Source of the DNA: a virus
DNA: 64,000 nucleotides
Strand: one strand, 5' to 3'
IMG/VR virus record: IMGVR_UViG_3300005976_000005
Span: 36,448-100,447 of that record
Below are positions 8,362 to 17,452 of this stretch, one piece after another. The translations under genes were made by a program, and so were the position numbers. The notes beneath the pieces were generated by a model, which was not told the origin of the DNA, did not search any database, and saw only the letters and a list, made by a program, of their open reading frames with translations. Each line of letters opens with the position of its first letter. Within the stretch, counting starts at the first letter, position 1.

Positions 8362-9512
8362 ATGATTTCTCCAAGAATATTCTCTTTCTTAGCAGTTTTC
8401 TTTTTAGTTGTCTTCTTGGCTGCCTTTTTAGCAAGAGCAACTTCCTTAGCAGATGCTTTTGAATCCGATATATTATCATAGAGAGCAACAGCATCTTCTT
8501 CTGATACTTGATTGTAGAAAACCTCAAGGTCGCTCGGTTTGACTTTGATATCTTTTATTGAACTGATAGAATGATAATTGCTCTCATTGGATGGATTATC
8601 ATTCAGTGGGTCCTTCAGATACATAATCTTTACATCTTCAACTCTGGCATATGCCTTAGTCTTTTCTATACGGAGACTCATTAGTCTTTTCAGAAATTCC
8701 TTTACAAGAAACAAACACTGTTCTTGACTAAGAAGAATACCTTCTTCTGGAAGTTCATTGACAGCAGTCTTCTTCTGATACCATCCCCAATCACTCACTT
8801 CGGAACCAAGATTCTTACTGAGATTCTTGATAAAGAATTCTACGTGATCTGGATGAACTGCCATTCTGTCGTACCTATTTGACATTGAGATGAACTGAAG
8901 ATTATCGATATCAATACTACCCTCGAAAAGGTACTCAATGTCACCAACAGATTCCTTATAGTAGAGTGAAGTGTTACCTTCATCATCATTGGACTTCTTT
9001 CTATTCTTTGGTACTCTGGCACTGTGGACCTCGAAGTTGGGATGAGTCTCGCTTGTTTGAACAGCATCACAAGTATTCACAGGAGACTTTCTTTTCAATG
9101 TAGAATCATCCTTGATTGTAAACATATGTCCCTTCAAAAGATTAGCAGGAGAAGCCAACAGCTTTACCAAAGCAGTTGGTGCGTGAACTATATCATTGTT
9201 GTGAAAAGGGAAGTCATCTCCAAGAATATGACTACGAAGACACTCAGCAGAAATCTTGACCTTTGCCTCGCATTCATAAACTTCATCTCCATTGTCAAAA
9301 GTCTTCTTGATTCTGTTACCATTACTATCAGTCTTGTAGGTATACTCGTGTTTAGCAAGCATTATGTTTTTCGCTTGCTTTCCATTATTGTTGAATACTG
9401 CGCTGAATTCTGGAAAGCATCTCCTTACAATTGTAACAGAGTCCTTAGAATCATAGTTGACAATACCTCTTCCGACAATCTTTGCTCTGAAATAAATTGA
9501 CCTAATTCCCAT
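8358..9512 (-). CDS. cas7: Cas7fv (type I-F2)-like backbone subunit
   Basis: GIRSIYFRAKIVGRGIVNY, ISAECLRSHI, KRKSP, VGDIEY..GSIDIDNLQFISM...DR, EEGILL, L.SLRI..KAY are collinear with Shewanella Cas7fv as I recall it. Confidence 0.85.
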   Translation of the reverse strand: MGIRSIYFRAKIVGRGIVNYDSKDSVTIVRRCFPEFSAVFNNNGKQAKNIMLAKHEYTYKTDSNGNRIKKTFDNGDEVYECEAKVKISAECLRSHILGDDFPFHNNDIVHAPTALVKLLASPANLLKGHMFTIKDDSTLKRKSPVNTCDAVQTSETHPNFEVHSARVPKNRKKSNDDEGNTSLYYKESVGDIEYLFEGSIDIDNLQFISMSNRYDRMAVHPDHVEFFIKNLSKNLGSEVSDWGWYQKKTAVNELPEEGILLSQEQCLFLVKEFLKRLMSLRIEKTKAYARVEDVKIMYLKDPLNDNPSNESNYHSISSIKDIKVKPSDLEVFYNQVSEEDAVALYDNISDSKASAKEVALAKKAAKKTTKKKTAKKENILGEII

Positions 9513-11820
9513 TTTCTGACATCCTTTCTTTGAGTGTTTTCAAATCATCCTTTTCAATAATACCTAACTCATGACTATAGACTCTGGAAACATCCGGCAA
9601 AGGTGTATCCGGGTCTAAAGAAATTCTAAACCACTGCGCTATACTTTTAGGAAACTTCTTCTTTTTGAGCATTGATTCTATTTCTTCGAATCCTGCTCTG
9701 GCTAGTGCCTTCATACAAAACTTTGAATCAATTTGGTAACCCTTATTTTCATACCTCCTTTTCAATTCAAAACCATCACTGAGTCCAACAATCTCATCTG
9801 GTCCTAACCAATCATCAGAGTCTACCTTCTGTAAAGAAAAGTTGTATGATAATCCCGGACTTCTTAGAGACTTGTTATTCACAGTTTTTGAAAATCCATC
9901 TTTATCTTTCTTTTTGGTTGGAGCAAAAGTATTCAAACCAACTTTAGAGTTCAGACCATTTATGTAAGAATCCCTTATATAGTTGTAAACATCATTTCCA
10001 TACTTCTCATAGAAGCTATTGTATATGTTGTAAAGGTCATTCTGAGTAATAAGCGAATCATTCTTTATCGAATTTCTAAGATGGCCAATCCACAATTCTC
10101 TGAGCTTCAGATTGTATGTACACATTATAGACATTCTTTCAGAAGCATCTTGAGAAATATCAAGAGATACAAAATTTATAGTTGGATTGAAATTCTGTAA
10201 ATTTCCCCATCTATCTATTCTTCCACATATTTGTACATCCGACTCAGGTGAATGTATGGAAGTAGAAAGGTGAGCAAAAGAAATATCCATTGCTGCTTGT
10301 ACAACCATAGCTGAAGAAAGGTTTTTACCATCATTGATACCACTACCTTTCTTACCGAATATATCCAATATTCTTTCTTGTTTGGCGCTCCTGTCTATAT
10401 CATTGAATTTACTATGAAGAATATTATCATATCCTTCAACATATTCAAATTGAGTATTCCTTACTGAGTTATGCTTTGTGAGCTTTCCTTTTTCACAATT
10501 ACCCATTGTGTTTGAAAATCTTGCTTTGTACACACCAACATGTGCCGAAGGATAGTGACTATTCTTACTAGGAAGAATCAGTGTTTTGTTATAGTCGTCC
10601 CATAATTCGTTTATATTCATTGGAGTGGCACTAAGAAGCATCGTCCTGGAATTTTTAGCAACCTGATGTCTTGCCTTCATAAATGTTATGAATGCCGCAA
10701 ACAAAGGCTGATTCGATACTAACTCGTGGAACTCGTCAAAAATAACATCAGAACCAATGGTTGTAAAAAGTCTATGTCCAGTCTTATTCTTTACCATTGG
10801 AGAAAGTAAGTTGTCTATGTTAGTCACAACTATATCCGAGTTGAACTCATCATCTTCATCTTCTCGAATATTAATTCCATCAACTCTTCTTCCAGTTAGA
10901 TAAAGCTCAACACTACATTTTACATCAAGTAAATCCATTTCACTTTTTATGTTTCTGTAAACTGCTTCTGCTACTGAGTTTCTTGGACAAACCCAAATTA
11001 TCTTTCTCTTTCTATCCAATGCCCAGTTTATTCCTATAAGTGTTTTACCAAAACCTGCTGGAGCCTTTATAATAGTAGTCTTGGAATTTTTAGAATCATC
11101 GATACATTTCTGCTGTATAGAAAATCTTTCTTTGTCATAAGTATCAGGACATTTTATGATACCTGATATACTACTCGATACCAATTCTTTTATTGCTATT
11201 TCATCTCTTTCATGTGATGAAACATATCTGTCAGCAGAAATCAAACAAGTTCTGAGTATCAACTGGACAGAATTGAAGTCATTGTTCATTGATATTATTC
11301 TATTACCTGTCTGTATCTTTCCGTAAAGACGCGGCACATTGATACTTTCTTCTGGTTCCCAATCTCTGGTTCCTGGTATGTTGACATTACCAACCACAAT
11401 ATCCCAAAACTCATTCATTATTCTTTCATCTGAATCGGAAATCAGCGAAAGAATATTGTCATGAGTGTCGTAACAACTCCCGTCTGGAAGTTTTGGCTTT
11501 GGGTGATGCCAATATATAGGATTCAGTATCTTACTTGACGATATTCTCTGGGCACAATAAGCCCAGGAAATCTCGTGGTGGCCTGGAAAATTTACATCAT
11601 AGTTAGATAAATCAATACCATTCATAGCATTGTTGAGAAATGACTGAAAGTAATCAGTACATTTTCCAATGTCGTGAAGTAAACCAGAATAGTAAACACA
11701 TTCAACCAAGTCATTCGACAGACCTATATACTCTGCCATTTCCTTGGCTAAGTTTGCTACTCTGGTGCTATGCTCAATAAGAGTTTGACCGTTTGATTTA
11801 GCAAGTAGATTTTCAATCAT
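9502..11820 (-). CDS. cas3: Cas3 HD-nuclease / SF2 helicase, no Cas2 fusion
   Basis: AKS..QTLIEHS, LLHDIGK, HHEISW, WHH, ADRYVS; APAGFGKT, DEFHE, SAT, QICGRIDR; start refined to MIENLL. Confidence 0.95.
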   Translation of the reverse strand: MIENLLAKSNGQTLIEHSTRVANLAKEMAEYIGLSNDLVECVYYSGLLHDIGKCTDYFQSFLNNAMNGIDLSNYDVNFPGHHEISWAYCAQRISSSKILNPIYWHHPKPKLPDGSCYDTHDNILSLISDSDERIMNEFWDIVVGNVNIPGTRDWEPEESINVPRLYGKIQTGNRIISMNNDFNSVQLILRTCLISADRYVSSHERDEIAIKELVSSSISGIIKCPDTYDKERFSIQQKCIDDSKNSKTTIIKAPAGFGKTLIGINWALDRKRKIIWVCPRNSVAEAVYRNIKSEMDLLDVKCSVELYLTGRRVDGINIREDEDDEFNSDIVVTNIDNLLSPMVKNKTGHRLFTTIGSDVIFDEFHELVSNQPLFAAFITFMKARHQVAKNSRTMLLSATPMNINELWDDYNKTLILPSKNSHYPSAHVGVYKARFSNTMGNCEKGKLTKHNSVRNTQFEYVEGYDNILHSKFNDIDRSAKQERILDIFGKKGSGINDGKNLSSAMVVQAAMDISFAHLSTSIHSPESDVQICGRIDRWGNLQNFNPTINFVSLDISQDASERMSIMCTYNLKLRELWIGHLRNSIKNDSLITQNDLYNIYNSFYEKYGNDVYNYIRDSYINGLNSKVGLNTFAPTKKKDKDGFSKTVNNKSLRSPGLSYNFSLQKVDSDDWLGPDEIVGLSDGFELKRRYENKGYQIDSKFCMKALARAGFEEIESMLKKKKFPKSIAQWFRISLDPDTPLPDVSRVYSHELGIIEKDDLKTLKERMSENGN

Positions 11821-12163
11821 TGAATATCCTTTTCCCAAATTCATACAACTTTACTGGATACCTTCTATGGATAAGCCTCAAAGCAAAGTACTCCCTCAAG
11901 TTCCTTCTGACGACCTCAAGAAAATCTGTAGCAATTGTTGAATCGTTGCTTCTTCCCTCAACAAGTAATGGATGTTTTATATGAGTCACACAGAATACTA
12001 AGTCAGGAGATTTAGTTATAATCATATCCAAATCAGCCATTGTTTCCTTTGGGATTGAGTTCATATAGATATCCCAGGAACCAATCATTACATCCTGTTG
12101 GACTCCAAATTCATAAGTATAAATATCTTTTTTAGTTGAACCTCTATCTACAATTAAAATCAT
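11813..12163 (-). CDS. hypothetical protein translationally coupled to cas3
   Basis: Stop overlaps cas3 start (ATGATTGA); start refined to MILIVD. Confidence 0.7.
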   Translation of the reverse strand: MILIVDRGSTKKDIYTYEFGVQQDVMIGSWDIYMNSIPKETMADLDMIITKSPDLVFCVTHIKHPLLVEGRSNDSTIATDFLEVVRRNLREYFALRLIHRRYPVKLYEFGKRIFND

Positions 12164-12202
12164 AGTAGACTTCTTTTCTGTCAACCATACCAACTATACA
12201 TG

Positions 12203-12511
12203 TCATTTGCTTTCCTCCTGAAGCTCATTGAGTTCCCTCTCTATCTTCTCAATCTCAACTTCGATACGGCTCTTGTCAACAGTCAGCTTATCCAACTGCG
12301 CACGGAGATTGATGGCTTTGTCTTCACTCGAAATCTGTTTACAATGTGGACAACGACGTTCTCTCTTGAAGTCAAAAGTATCCATTACTCGGGTTACGTG
12401 AATATCAGTATTCTTTCCACACAAACTACAGTGGAACTCAGCAAAGACCTTATCACGCGGGTCTCTACGATTCTTGTCCAAACCAGAACCAAATAACCGT
12501 AAAAAATACAT
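12203..12511 (-). CDS. zinc-finger / coiled-coil hypothetical protein
   Basis: CSLC...CPHC plus heptad tail. Confidence 0.7.
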   Translation of the reverse strand: MYFLRLFGSGLDKNRRDPRDKVFAEFHCSLCGKNTDIHVTRVMDTFDFKRERRCPHCKQISSEDKAINLRAQLDKLTVDKSRIEVEIEKIERELNELQEESK

Positions 12512-12724
12512 TCAGTCCTCCTTGCTATAATCCCAGTTCTCGTTGAAGACCCCAGTACCATTACACGCCTGACATTTCCTGTACATTGAAAACAATTCGT
12601 TTCCGGTACCTCCACATCTAGTACAAAGCTTTTCACCTTTGTCAATGTTCTCGTTTCTTGTCATAGCATCACCCCTCATATGAAGTGGGTATCTTTTTAC
12701 GTCTTCCTTTTTATCTGACATCAT
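12512..12724 (-). CDS. small protein with DnaJ-type CxxCxGxG zinc finger
   Basis: CTRCGGTG and CQACNGTG. Confidence 0.75.
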   Translation of the reverse strand: MMSDKKEDVKRYPLHMRGDAMTRNENIDKGEKLCTRCGGTGNELFSMYRKCQACNGTGVFNENWDYSKED

Positions 12725-12879
12725 TCCTCCAAATATTCTCTGACAATGTACCAGGGATTAGACCTTTCAATTAATTTCTTTACCTTCACAATTCCAGCCC
12801 ATATCAGGATGTAAACTAAACCAACAGCAAATGATATACCAAATCCTGTAAGCATTGACTTGACTACTATATCAATCAT
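12721..12879 (-). CDS. small membrane protein
   Basis: One hydrophobic segment; start refined to MIDIVVK. Confidence 0.55.
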   Translation of the reverse strand: MIDIVVKSMLTGFGISFAVGLVYILIWAGIVKVKKLIERSNPWYIVREYLEE

Positions 12880-13042
12880 ATTCTTGTACTCCGATAAGTA
12901 TAAGATTCTTCTCGTTCGGATCGACAACGACTTCAGTAATCACGTTGAAAGAATGTACAACAAGATAATCTCCGTAACCGGAATCATCTGCTTTTTTCAG
13001 TACTTCAATAAGTTTCTTGACATTCAAAGACTCATTCTTCAT
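12872..13042 (-). CDS. small hypothetical protein (56 aa, not in ORF track)
   Basis: MKNESLNVKKLIEVLKK..., overlaps both neighbours in operon fashion. Confidence 0.55.
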   Translation of the reverse strand: MKNESLNVKKLIEVLKKADDSGYGDYLVVHSFNVITEVVVDPNEKNLILIGVQEYD

Positions 13043-13371
13043 TTGACAATATCTCCCAAATTGTTTTCTTTCTTTGGCTTCTTTTTCTTAGAACCTTTCT
13101 TCTGTCCCTTGTCAGAACGCGTCTTCCTTTTTTCCTTCTTGGCTTTCTCTATCTCAGATGGAGTTCTCCTGCCGCTTCTTCTGGCAAGCTCTCCAAGAAC
13201 TCCACCTTTGTTTTTGAATTCCTCAAATGACTTTTGAAAGTTATCATCGAATAACTCACAAGAGACTTTGTTGGGAGACAGCTTTTGAACTATTGTTGGA
13301 ATAAAAATAGAGCACTTGCCTTTATCGTTGTTGAGGCAAGTCTTTATTTTACATTTTATTTCCTTTCCCAT
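13039..13371 (-). CDS. Cys-rich protein with basic tail (DUF1540-like)
   Basis: CKIKTCLNNDKGKC; K/R-rich C-terminus. Confidence 0.6.
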   Translation of the reverse strand: MGKEIKCKIKTCLNNDKGKCSIFIPTIVQKLSPNKVSCELFDDNFQKSFEEFKNKGGVLGELARRSGRRTPSEIEKAKKEKRKTRSDKGQKKGSKKKKPKKENNLGDIVK

Positions 13372-13744
13372 TTATAGCAAGATTCCTTTTGTACTCGTTA
13401 CGATGTTCAGGGCAATACTTTGGATAGACAAACAGGTGGGGGAATACCCTTATCTTGTACTTGTTGTCACAACATTCAAGGTCGCATTCCCTTATAATGT
13501 CACGAGGCTCTGTGAATCCATGATTGAAGATAAGATTGGTGTTAGTCTTATCTGCTTCCTTCTTAGCAGCGACTTTCTTTGAGTCGATTTGCTTGCGGTA
13601 CTTTCTTTTTCTATGTTCATCACAATATTTTGACTTAGCTGTTCCAAAGAAAGTCTCTTTACAACCGGGAAAACTACAAAGTTTAGGCTTGAGCTTTTCT
13701 CTATGCCTTTTTCCAACTTTTTCCGGGACCACAAAATTTTTCAT
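13349..13744 (-). CDS. hypothetical zinc-binding protein
   Basis: CSFPGC, YCDEH, YCPEH motifs. Confidence 0.7.
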   Translation of the reverse strand: MKNFVVPEKVGKRHREKLKPKLCSFPGCKETFFGTAKSKYCDEHRKRKYRKQIDSKKVAAKKEADKTNTNLIFNHGFTEPRDIIRECDLECCDNKYKIRVFPHLFVYPKYCPEHRNEYKRNLAINGKGNKM

Positions 13745-13819
13745 CTAAAACCTCGCCAGAAAATATAAATATGTAGAGAAGGTTATTATTGTCAACAACA
13801 TATATAAGGATTAAAACAG

Positions 13820-14073
13820 ATGTCGAAAAAATATACCACACAGTCGTTTATAGAAATATCTAATAAAATTCATAACAACTTTTACTCATACGACAAAACA
13901 AAATACATATTGGACTACAGAAGCTAAATGAGACTAAGTTTCGTGACAACATAAAAAATAAATTTTGTAAAGACAATAACATATTTCTACTGAGAATACC
14001 ATTTTGGCAAAAGAATGACATACACAAAATCCTATCAACGATGTTTAACGGTTCGCAATCCACGATACAATAA
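13820..14073 (+). pseudogene. internally deleted homing-endonuclease-like gene (DUF723-type N-terminus, Vsr/PD-(D/E)XK-type C-terminus)
   Basis: MSKKYTTQSFIEISNKIHNNFYSYDKTKY* then, in another frame, RDNIKNKFCKDNNIFLLRIPFW; TATAAATA at 13764-13771 upstream. Confidence 0.75.
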
Positions 14074-14128
14074 ATCCAAACATAAACGGTAGCACAACAT
14101 AGAGCAGAATAAACTCAGCATCAATCAT
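14045..14128 (-). CDS. 27-aa hydrophobic peptide
   Basis: MIDAEFILLYVVLPFMFGFIVSWIANR with GAGGGAG SD. Confidence 0.5.
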   Translation of the reverse strand: MIDAEFILLYVVLPFMFGFIVSWIANR

Positions 14129-14151
14129 AAAAAACTCCCTCAAGTTAAAGT

Positions 14152-14268
14152 ATTGTGAGAGTATGCCCACATTCAACACCATCTTTTCATTTAAGGGTTA
14201 CAGTTTCCCACCATTGAATGGCTGAGCGATTGCTGGCTGGGTCTTGTTTCTTCGTCAACTCTCACAAT
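14152..14268 (-). ncRNA. candidate structured RNA / 5' leader
   Basis: 11-bp inverted repeat (14152-14162 / 14258-14268) encloses nested CATTCAA/TTGAATG and CCCA/TGGG pairings, starts just after a strong promoter. Confidence 0.45.
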
Positions 14269-14282
14269 CTACCAACAATAAT

Positions 14283-14322
14283 AATATAATGGATGGACAG
14301 AAAAATGTCAATAGTTTTCTTC
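14283..14322 (-). promoter_or_regulatory. sigma70-type early promoter with GAAGAAAACTA upstream element
   Basis: TTGACA 14311-14306, 17 nt, TATATT 14288-14283. Confidence 0.75.
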
Positions 14323-14330
14323 ATCTTTTT

Positions 14331-15212
14331 TCAGATGACTATTAATGGCTGTTTAGCCATTCTTTCTCCGAACTCTTTATAATCAGAAATATATTTGACT
14401 CCATCAAGCTTATCCATTTTCTTAGGAATAGTAGTGTCCCAATACCTCATTGATATCACACCATTAGAGTTCCTTGCCAGTTTTTCCAATGCTCCAACTT
14501 GCTCTGACTTTGATTGTTCTCTTGCCAATCCACCATCACCCAAGTCAAAAAACTCCATGAGTTGTCTTGCTGTCCTGTACTTCAAAGCCTTTTCATATGG
14601 AATGTTTTCATCGGAACTACCAGTTCCAATAACATCAAAATGCCAAGGATCATCAGGCCAAAGAAGACTTGCTTCTACTAAGGCATATACAATAGGAGTA
14701 TTAGCCAAACCCATTCCACCGTCGAACCAAACACATTGGTTCTTTGGATCAGGTATTGCTCCAAAATATAATGGTGCTGCGAACGACTTACAAACTTCGC
14801 TTACAAGATACTGCTCACCATCCTCCGTCCATGACTTAAAGAAGTGATTTCTCTTATCGCAAAGATTTAGCGATGTAATCTGTACCTTTGTTTTACATTC
14901 CTTCATCTTAATCATTCCAACTTCAGCTATGAATGAGTCAATGAAGTTCCTTCTGTCATACATTGGGATTCTGAACCATCTTCTTTTGAAGACTCTTTTT
15001 ATCATGTTTGTGTATATCTTGTCAAGTCTCTCCATCGAAATCTTTCCAGAAGCAATCATCGATCCATTTATAGCACCAACAGAGCTTCCACAAACAAGAT
15101 CATAATAATCGCAAAGAGGACCATACTTTTTTTCAAGCTCTTTCAAAACCTGAACCTGAGCATATCCTTTTACTCCACCGCCCGACAACACGCATATTCT
15201 ATGCTTCTCCAT
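14331..15212 (-). CDS. patatin-like phospholipase
   Basis: GGGVKG, GSSVG nucleophile motif, DGG. Confidence 0.9.
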   Translation of the reverse strand: MEKHRICVLSGGGVKGYAQVQVLKELEKKYGPLCDYYDLVCGSSVGAINGSMIASGKISMERLDKIYTNMIKRVFKRRWFRIPMYDRRNFIDSFIAEVGMIKMKECKTKVQITSLNLCDKRNHFFKSWTEDGEQYLVSEVCKSFAAPLYFGAIPDPKNQCVWFDGGMGLANTPIVYALVEASLLWPDDPWHFDVIGTGSSDENIPYEKALKYRTARQLMEFFDLGDGGLAREQSKSEQVGALEKLARNSNGVISMRYWDTTIPKKMDKLDGVKYISDYKEFGERMAKQPLIVI

Positions 15213-15864
15213 AGTTCTCTCCTCCTGATTCAATCATTTCCTTTGCCCTCTGTAATTCTTCTTTCCAGTACTTTAGCTGAGGGTCTTTAAGCTCTCTCTC
15301 AATGTCAATCTTTTCAAGTATATATTCGTCCCATTTCAAGTGACGTATCACGACATTGGATGGAAGATTTGGATTGTATTTCTGACCTTCCAACATATGA
15401 TGTCCAACATCCATTTTGTATATGGCTTTACAAGCACAAATCTTTCTATCCCATGCTCCACATCTCAGTGAGAAGTCGCTTGTAATTATGCCAGGTCCAA
15501 ACTTTTTTATGAATCCATTTGTAGGAGTGTCATACAAAATTCCACCTAACCAGTCTCGGTTCTTTGTACAATCTTCATAAATGTCTGTTGGTTCTTGTAA
15601 CTCGTCAGGATCAGCATATATTACCCATTCATCTGGATCGCATCTTGATGATACTAATTCGTATTCCAGATCAATTCTTTTCCTTTCGTTGAACTCCTCA
15701 TTCCAATGATAGTATTCTATGTCTTCCTTATCCAATGGAATATCGTTATAGTTGTTAAGTATGAATATGAAATTGCTTACTCCCAAATTCTTATAATGTT
15801 CGTAAAAGTCTGGGAGTTTCTTAATGTTCCATTCTTGACCAAATACGGATATTAGATGGATCAT
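15199..15864 (-). CDS. glycosyltransferase family 2-like protein
   Basis: FYEHYKNLGV, WVIYADPDE, HLKW. Confidence 0.65.
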   Translation of the reverse strand: MIHLISVFGQEWNIKKLPDFYEHYKNLGVSNFIFILNNYNDIPLDKEDIEYYHWNEEFNERKRIDLEYELVSSRCDPDEWVIYADPDELQEPTDIYEDCTKNRDWLGGILYDTPTNGFIKKFGPGIITSDFSLRCGAWDRKICACKAIYKMDVGHHMLEGQKYNPNLPSNVVIRHLKWDEYILEKIDIERELKDPQLKYWKEELQRAKEMIESGGENYGEA

Positions 15865-16694
15865 TATTGACCTTTATAGAAATTGTACAATTTCATAATT
15901 TCATCTTTTTGTTTTTCTGGTACCCAGTTCCATTTATCAAATTCTTCTGTCCCTGGTTTCTTTGGACTTGAGAAATGTAAAATCTTTGCTTCATCTAATG
16001 ATATATCAAATCCGGGCACACTGTAGTTTGAAGGTTGAACATTGTACTTCAGTGAATCTCTATCCGATCTTATCTCAATGTTGAAATAATGGCACCACAA
16101 ACTGATTATGCTTTGATCGTCATAAGCAGCATACTTACCGAAATCATTATGAAAATCTATTAGCTTTCTAAAATACATCTCAGTTCTATACTTCTTGGGT
16201 ATCATAAAGACACCAGCATTGCCCATGTCATGCTGTCCGTCTGGATACCTGATATAATATCTATTAAGTAAACTGTCTACAGCAGTCCTATCAGAATCGT
16301 TTGATATTACTCTTATGGAATTGTGAGGATCATAGTTGCTTGCTATAAAGAAATCATTGCTCTCAAAAAGATCGTCAAGAGATTTTAATACTAAAACGTC
16401 AATGTCAAGATAAAGTATATTATCTGATTGAACTAAGTCGCAAGGGTCCCATAGTCTATACCTTTGGAGAACTAACTTCTTTCCAAAGGTTTTTTCTCTA
16501 AATGATATTGGTACTACGTTTGATAATTTCCTAATGTAATTACCTGTGTATAGATTACATTTATAACAGGCAACATATATGGTGGGATGATTTGGATAAT
16601 TTGATTTAATGCTGTTTATAAAAGTTTTAAACAGAGGCAAGTATTCATCATTCAACACTGTGAAAATAGCATTGGTCATTATGTTTCCTTTCAA
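15864..16694 (-). CDS. glycosyltransferase family 8
   Basis: ILYLDIDVLVLKSLDDLF, NAGVF, DQSII, ILHF. Confidence 0.85.
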   Translation of the reverse strand: MKGNIMTNAIFTVLNDEYLPLFKTFINSIKSNYPNHPTIYVACYKCNLYTGNYIRKLSNVVPISFREKTFGKKLVLQRYRLWDPCDLVQSDNILYLDIDVLVLKSLDDLFESNDFFIASNYDPHNSIRVISNDSDRTAVDSLLNRYYIRYPDGQHDMGNAGVFMIPKKYRTEMYFRKLIDFHNDFGKYAAYDDQSIISLWCHYFNIEIRSDRDSLKYNVQPSNYSVPGFDISLDEAKILHFSSPKKPGTEEFDKWNWVPEKQKDEIMKLYNFYKGQ

Positions 16695-16698
16695 AAGA

Positions 16699-16974
16699 TT
16701 ATAAGTCTTCGCTTTCTAAACTCTCAATCTCCTCATCTTTGTCAGGCTCGAAGTCGATACAATCTTGTTTTACTAAATGTCCACAGACTCTCCAGAAATT
16801 ACAATGCTGACACTTTGATAAATCCCACTTGGCTCTTAATTTGGCAGCATTATCTTGTATCCATTGACAAACAAAAAAATTTCCGGGGTCTTTATTTAAT
16901 TTAATACCTTCAAAAAATTTAGCAGTTTCGATGTACTCTATCTCAATTTGAAGAAATTTTTGATTTTTATCCAT
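16699..16974 (-). CDS. hypothetical protein
   Basis: 91 aa ORF with GGAG SD. Confidence 0.65.
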   Translation of the reverse strand: MDKNQKFLQIEIEYIETAKFFEGIKLNKDPGNFFVCQWIQDNAAKLRAKWDLSKCQHCNFWRVCGHLVKQDCIDFEPDKDEEIESLESEDL

Positions 16975-17050
16975 TTTTACTCCGAAAATAATAAAGGGAC
17001 AAAAACATGTTAAGACCTTTGGTAAAAATTAATAAAGGAAACCAATTCAA

Positions 17051-17449
17051 ATGAGACAATTAACTACTGAACAATTTATTCAAAAAGCAATTAAAATTCA
17101 TGGTGAAAAATATAATTACTCTAAAGTTATTTATACAACCAGTCGTTCTCCTGTTATAATTATATGTCCAGTTCATGGAAAATTTAAACAAATCCCGAAT
17201 AATCATTTAAATGGAGGTGGTTGTAAAAAATGTGCAACCGAACAATATTATAATACTTGTATTGAATATGATGGTGAACAACATTTCTTTCCAATATTTA
17301 ATATGGATGAATCTGATATGAAAAAAAGAATCAAAAATGATTTAATCAAAACAAAATATTGTCAAAATAAAAGTATAAAACTAATACGGATAAATTTCAA
17401 AGAACAGAAGAATATTATAGAAATATTAAAAAAAGAAATATACCAATAA
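17051..17449 (+). CDS. shortened homing-endonuclease-like protein (DUF723 zinc module + IEYDGEQH nuclease tail)
   Basis: FIQKAIKIHGEKYNYSKV, ICPVHG, HLNGGGCKKC, IEYDGEQHF, NDLIKTKYC..IKLIRI; nuclease core appears truncated. Confidence 0.75.
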   Translation: MRQLTTEQFIQKAIKIHGEKYNYSKVIYTTSRSPVIIICPVHGKFKQIPNNHLNGGGCKKCATEQYYNTCIEYDGEQHFFPIFNMDESDMKKRIKNDLIKTKYCQNKSIKLIRINFKEQKNIIEILKKEIYQ

Positions 17450-17452
17450 CCT

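Noticed and set aside
6951-13744. cas1, cas4, cas8 or cas11 near the locus
   Set aside because: No ORF with the size or motifs; the upstream small genes look like ordinary phage zinc-finger proteins
13762-13795. Early promoter upstream of 13744
   Set aside because: TTGACA present but no -10 box at 17-18 nt spacing; ambiguous
14152-14268. Hammerhead ribozyme (TTGACGA...GAAAC)
   Set aside because: Core motif imperfect and the required three stems cannot be built; kept only as a generic structured RNA
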